From: an uncultured Methylomirabilota bacterium
Lineage (GTDB): Bacteria > Methylomirabilota > Methylomirabilia > Methylomirabilales > 2-02-FULL-66-22
Assembly (NCBI GenBank): GCA_963845565.1
Contig: CAWJSJ010000002.1
Location: forward strand, 1,504,001 to 1,568,000
Reading direction: 5' to 3'
DNA: 64,000 nucleotides
Shown here: positions 60,693 through 64,000 of the stretch, piece after piece
How positions within the stretch are numbered: position 1 is the first letter of the stretch
Layout: each line of letters begins with the position of its first letter
Translations under genes and position numbers: made by a program
The notes under the pieces: generated by a model
Database searches by the model: none
Told to the model about the DNA's origin: nothing
The model's input: only the letters and a program-made list of their open reading frames with translations

Positions 60693-60819
60693 GCATCCCT
60701 CCACTGAGGCATCGAGCCTCGAACCAAGGACAATCAGTCGGTCAACCGGTCGGATTGTCGACTGGCCCGGCCCAATTGACCAATCGGCCCCTCGACGGAA
60801 GTCGCTCCATCATGACGAA

Positions 60820-62034
60820 TCATACCATCACTCGGTTTCGACCGGAACCCTTGGCGCGGTACAGCGCCTTGTCGGCCGCCGCAAGCACCTGGCGCGGTTC
60901 CGTCTTCCGTCCGTCGCGCTCGGCCAGGCCGATGCTGACAGTCACGGATACCTCCTTTCGGGAGGTGGTCCGCGGCCTCGCCGTCGCCGGCTTCTTCCGG
61001 GGACGCTCCGGTCCCCGCAGTGCGAACCGCGTGGCCTCGATCGCCTTCCGGAGCGCCTCGATGTGGGGAAAAGCATCCGCCGCCGAGGCGTTCGGGAAGA
61101 GGATCGCGAATTCCTCGCCGCCGTATCGGAAGCTACGCCCGCCGCCGCCGACGCGGTCCAGTTTCGCGGCCACCATGCGGAGTACCTGGTCGCCCACGTC
61201 GTGGCCGTAGGTGTCATTGAATCGCTTGAAGTGATCCACATCCACCATCGCCACCGCATACCGGCCGCCGACCCGCAGGAGGGCTTCGGTCAGGGCGCGC
61301 CGACCCGGCAGTCCGGTCAACTCGTCGTGGTACGCCATGCGGTAGGCGGTCTGAACCAGCGCCCCGATCAGGACCGCGCCGCCGGTGGCGAAAACGCTGG
61401 TGGGGTTCCACCCCCGCTGGAAACCGTGCAACGCCCCGAACGCCGCGACAACCGTCCAGAAGAATCCTGCGTCGATCGGGCTACGGCGCCGGACGCTTCG
61501 GACCGCCAGCAGGACGAGCGTCCCCGCGAACGCCGCCAGCGAGACCTGGGGGACGTCAGTCCACGCGGTCAGCGAGGCGTCGGCGCACTGGTAGTCCAGC
61601 CACCCCCCGAGGCCCTGGGGATCGATCTGAAGGACCAACCCGGCGGCGACCAGCTGTCCCAGGATCAGGAGCAGACGCGCCAGGCCGCGGGGAGTGAGCA
61701 GGCCCCGTTCGGCGAGCGAGGCAGAGAGCGCGAGGTTCAATGGTAGAAGTGCGGCGACTGCCGCGAACACGGGACGACCGGCATCTCCCCCTGTGGCGCC
61801 CCAGCCCCCCACATGGCGCAGTGCCCAATCCGCCACGAAGAGGAGTAGGAGCGCGAAGACCACACGGCTCCGGTTGAAGTACCAGCCGAGGAAGAAGCCG
61901 ACACTGAGGACCACGACGGGGAACGCGCGGACGTAGGGCTCCGCCGCGTCCGGCAGCGTTCCCGGGCGGAGGACCGCCAGAGCTGCCAGCACGATCGGGC
62001 CACCCGGGACGAGAAATGTGGTCAGCGTTCTCAC
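60820..62034 (-). CDS. Membrane-bound diguanylate cyclase (GGDEF domain)
   Basis: Multiple TM segments, then DELTGLPGRR, DVDHFKRFNDTYGHDVGD, RYGGEEF and ADKALYRAK..GRNRV. Confidence 0.92.
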   Translation of the reverse strand: MRTLTTFLVPGGPIVLAALAVLRPGTLPDAAEPYVRAFPVVVLSVGFFLGWYFNRSRVVFALLLLFVADWALRHVGGWGATGGDAGRPVFAAVAALLPLNLALSASLAERGLLTPRGLARLLLILGQLVAAGLVLQIDPQGLGGWLDYQCADASLTAWTDVPQVSLAAFAGTLVLLAVRSVRRRSPIDAGFFWTVVAAFGALHGFQRGWNPTSVFATGGAVLIGALVQTAYRMAYHDELTGLPGRRALTEALLRVGGRYAVAMVDVDHFKRFNDTYGHDVGDQVLRMVAAKLDRVGGGGRSFRYGGEEFAILFPNASAADAFPHIEALRKAIEATRFALRGPERPRKKPATARPRTTSRKEVSVTVSIGLAERDGRKTEPRQVLAAADKALYRAKGSGRNRVMV

Positions 62035-62097
62035 AACGAGGATTGTGGCTGACAGTTTGCGTTTTTCAAGTGGTTTTCGCGCGGGGCGGGGCTCCGC

Positions 62098-62979
62098 CTA
62101 CCGGGGGCGGCGCAACCGGTTGTACAGCGTCTCAACCTCCGTGAGGTCCCTGCGGAAGGGGCCTTCGGCTTCCAGTTTCAAGCTGGTGACGGCGGCGGCC
62201 CACACGACGGCTTCGGCCGGGGTGGCCGTGAGTCGCCGCGAGAGATAGGCCGACGTGCAGGTGTCTCCCCGGCCGCTCCGCCCCCGGACCGCCACGGGCG
62301 CCCACGGCGCTTCATGGAAGGTGCCGTCGTGGTGGACGAGGACGCCGCCGCTGTGCGTGAGGAGCACTTCCTTCGGGCCGTAGGCCGCGAGTCGTCGAGC
62401 GGCCTCGTACCGGTCGTCTTCGCCGGTCAGGAGCTTGGCCTCCACGGCGTCGGTCTTGAAGACGGTGACGAGCGGCAGGACCGCCTCCTTGCCTGGCCAG
62501 CCGTCGGAGGCTAGAATCCCGTCCTGGACGATTCGGAGCCAGCCCTGGATGTCCAGAGCGAGGATCGCCCCTGTGGCTGCGAGGTGTCGAACCACCTCCA
62601 CGGGGACCTCTCCCCGGACGGACGCGCCGATCGCATATGCCCTGGCATCGATCCCCGCCACCTCCTCAACTGTGAACGGGCCGGCGGAGCTGGTCAGTTC
62701 GATCGTTCGCTGGTCGAGATCGTCGGTGGGATAGATCAGTCGGAGGCACGTGGAGTGCGGCGTTTCCTTCGCGAACGCGGTCACCCCGATTGCCTCCAAC
62801 GACTCGACCACATGCCAGTCTGCACGAGCCAGTCGGGTGACGACGGCGACCCGGAGGCTCATGCGCGCCGCGACATTCGCCCCATAGTTGAAAGCGCCGC
62901 CATCCACGATGCGCGTCACCGTCGGATAGACGATGGTGTCCTTGGTGTAATGCCCGATGAAGGCGATGTCGAAGGTCAT
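62098..62979 (-). CDS. PfkB family carbohydrate kinase
   Basis: Motifs GHYTKD, GG, LDIQG, KTD..EA and GRSGRGDT (variant of DTTGAGD). Confidence 0.85.
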   Translation of the reverse strand: MTFDIAFIGHYTKDTIVYPTVTRIVDGGAFNYGANVAARMSLRVAVVTRLARADWHVVESLEAIGVTAFAKETPHSTCLRLIYPTDDLDQRTIELTSSAGPFTVEEVAGIDARAYAIGASVRGEVPVEVVRHLAATGAILALDIQGWLRIVQDGILASDGWPGKEAVLPLVTVFKTDAVEAKLLTGEDDRYEAARRLAAYGPKEVLLTHSGGVLVHHDGTFHEAPWAPVAVRGRSGRGDTCTSAYLSRRLTATPAEAVVWAAAVTSLKLEAEGPFRRDLTEVETLYNRLRRPR

Positions 62980-63274
62980 GGCGCCTCGCTCTGAGGTGGG
63001 TCTTTGGCGTGTCTCCAACGGGAAAAAACACACAACGCCCAGTGGTCACGACCGACCACCGGCCACGCGGGAGTGTAACATGCAGATTCTTCTCGCGCAC
63101 GCGTCGTCTCTCGACCGGTCACGCCGTTCCGCGCGCCATCAGGCTCCACGGGGCGCACGGGAAGTGCCACTCCCGTCCGATTGAACCAACCGCCCGGCAT
63201 CTCCGACGGTTCTTGCCGCACGCCGGCCATTGGGCAGCCACCCGCACAACACGCGCCCCGCGCTCCGCTCCGCC

Positions 63275-63303
63275 TTGACACAGGCGAAACCACTTGGTAG
63301 CGT
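63275..63303 (+). promoter_or_regulatory. Sigma70-type promoter for the TctC-like gene
   Basis: TTGACA-17 bp-TAGCGT with an extended TG. Confidence 0.55.
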
Positions 63304-63396
63304 TCCTCCGCAGACTGCCGGGCCCACGGTGCTGCCGATCGGCCGGCCCGGTCGCGACCTTCTCCTTTTCCATTCATTTCCCAGGGAGGGATGCTC

Positions 63397-64000
63397 ATGC
63401 GAACATCAGTCAGATGGTGCCAGGCGCTGTTGATTGCCCTTCTCGTCTGCGTCTGCGTCCCGGCCATGGCGCAGGAGAAATTCCCCTCGAAGTCAGTGGA
63501 AATCATCGTAGCCTGGGCGGCGGGCGGCGCCACGGACGTGCTGTTCCGCGCGATCGGCGCCGTCTTCCCGAAACACGCCAACGGCCAGCAGTTGATCGTG
63601 AAGAACATTCCGGGCGGTGGGGCCGCCATCGGGTACGTCGAGGCCATGAAGGCCAAAGGGGACGGCTACACCATCGTGGCGTCCGCCACCCCGATGATCA
63701 CCAAGATCCACATGAGCAAGGTGCCGTTCACGGCCACCACCTTCGCGCCGGTCATCATGCTGGCGGATAACTCGTGCATGGTGATGGTGCCGGCCGACTC
63801 GCCCTTCAAGGACCTCAAGGACTTCGTGGAGGCCGCCCGGAAGCGGCCCGGTGAGGTCACCATCGGTAACGCCGGGTCGGGCGGCGGCTACCACATGGTG
63901 GCGCTGGCGTTCCAGAACTTCACCAAGGCCAAGTTCAACCACATCCCCTTCGAAGGGGGTGGGCCCGCGATCACGGCCGCTCTGGGCAAGCACGTGGACT
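63397..64000 (+). CDS. Tripartite tricarboxylate transporter substrate-binding protein (TctC/Bug), 3'-truncated by the window edge
   Basis: MRTSVRW...AMA signal, FPSKSVEIIVAWAAGGATD, NIPGGGAAIG, DGYT and HIPFEGGGPA. Open to the window end. Confidence 0.9.
   Translation, partial: MRTSVRWCQALLIALLVCVCVPAMAQEKFPSKSVEIIVAWAAGGATDVLFRAIGAVFPKHANGQQLIVKNIPGGGAAIGYVEAMKAKGDGYTIVASATPMITKIHMSKVPFTATTFAPVIMLADNSCMVMVPADSPFKDLKDFVEAARKRPGEVTIGNAGSGGGYHMVALAFQNFTKAKFNHIPFEGGGPAITAALGKHVD

Overview
GC-rich bacterial chromosomal segment with about 50 genes. The repeat style and gene content suggest an NC10/Methylomirabilota-like organism, but that is inference only. No rRNA, tRNA, CRISPR array, prophage or transposase was seen. 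Core genes are glmU-yvcK-AKR-glmS, a split transketolase, msrB, ald and lhr. Accessory catabolic and transport modules include an Opp/Dpp ABC transporter with an amidohydrolase; a form IV RuBisCO-like protein next to an ATC-hydrolase-family gene and a transaldolase; a lipoprotein hydrolase-RNase-barstar operon; and a MarR-RND efflux system. Two larger clusters are GntR-TRAP-opine dehydrogenase-Ald (possible alanopine-type catabolism) and RpiR-TRAP-cyclic amidohydrolase-carbamoylase-AroM-deaminase-flavin reductase (N-heterocycle catabolism), the latter starting where a nei gene is truncated. The most striking non-coding signal is a five-copy ~120-150 bp repeat with terminal inverted repeats that shows compensatory base changes and mostly sits at stop codons. 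There is also a second ~75-bp repeat pair, a 51-bp TAA-flanked mini-element and mosaic 7-10-mer tandem arrays. About ten single-base indels break otherwise intact genes and most likely reflect sequencing or assembly error.
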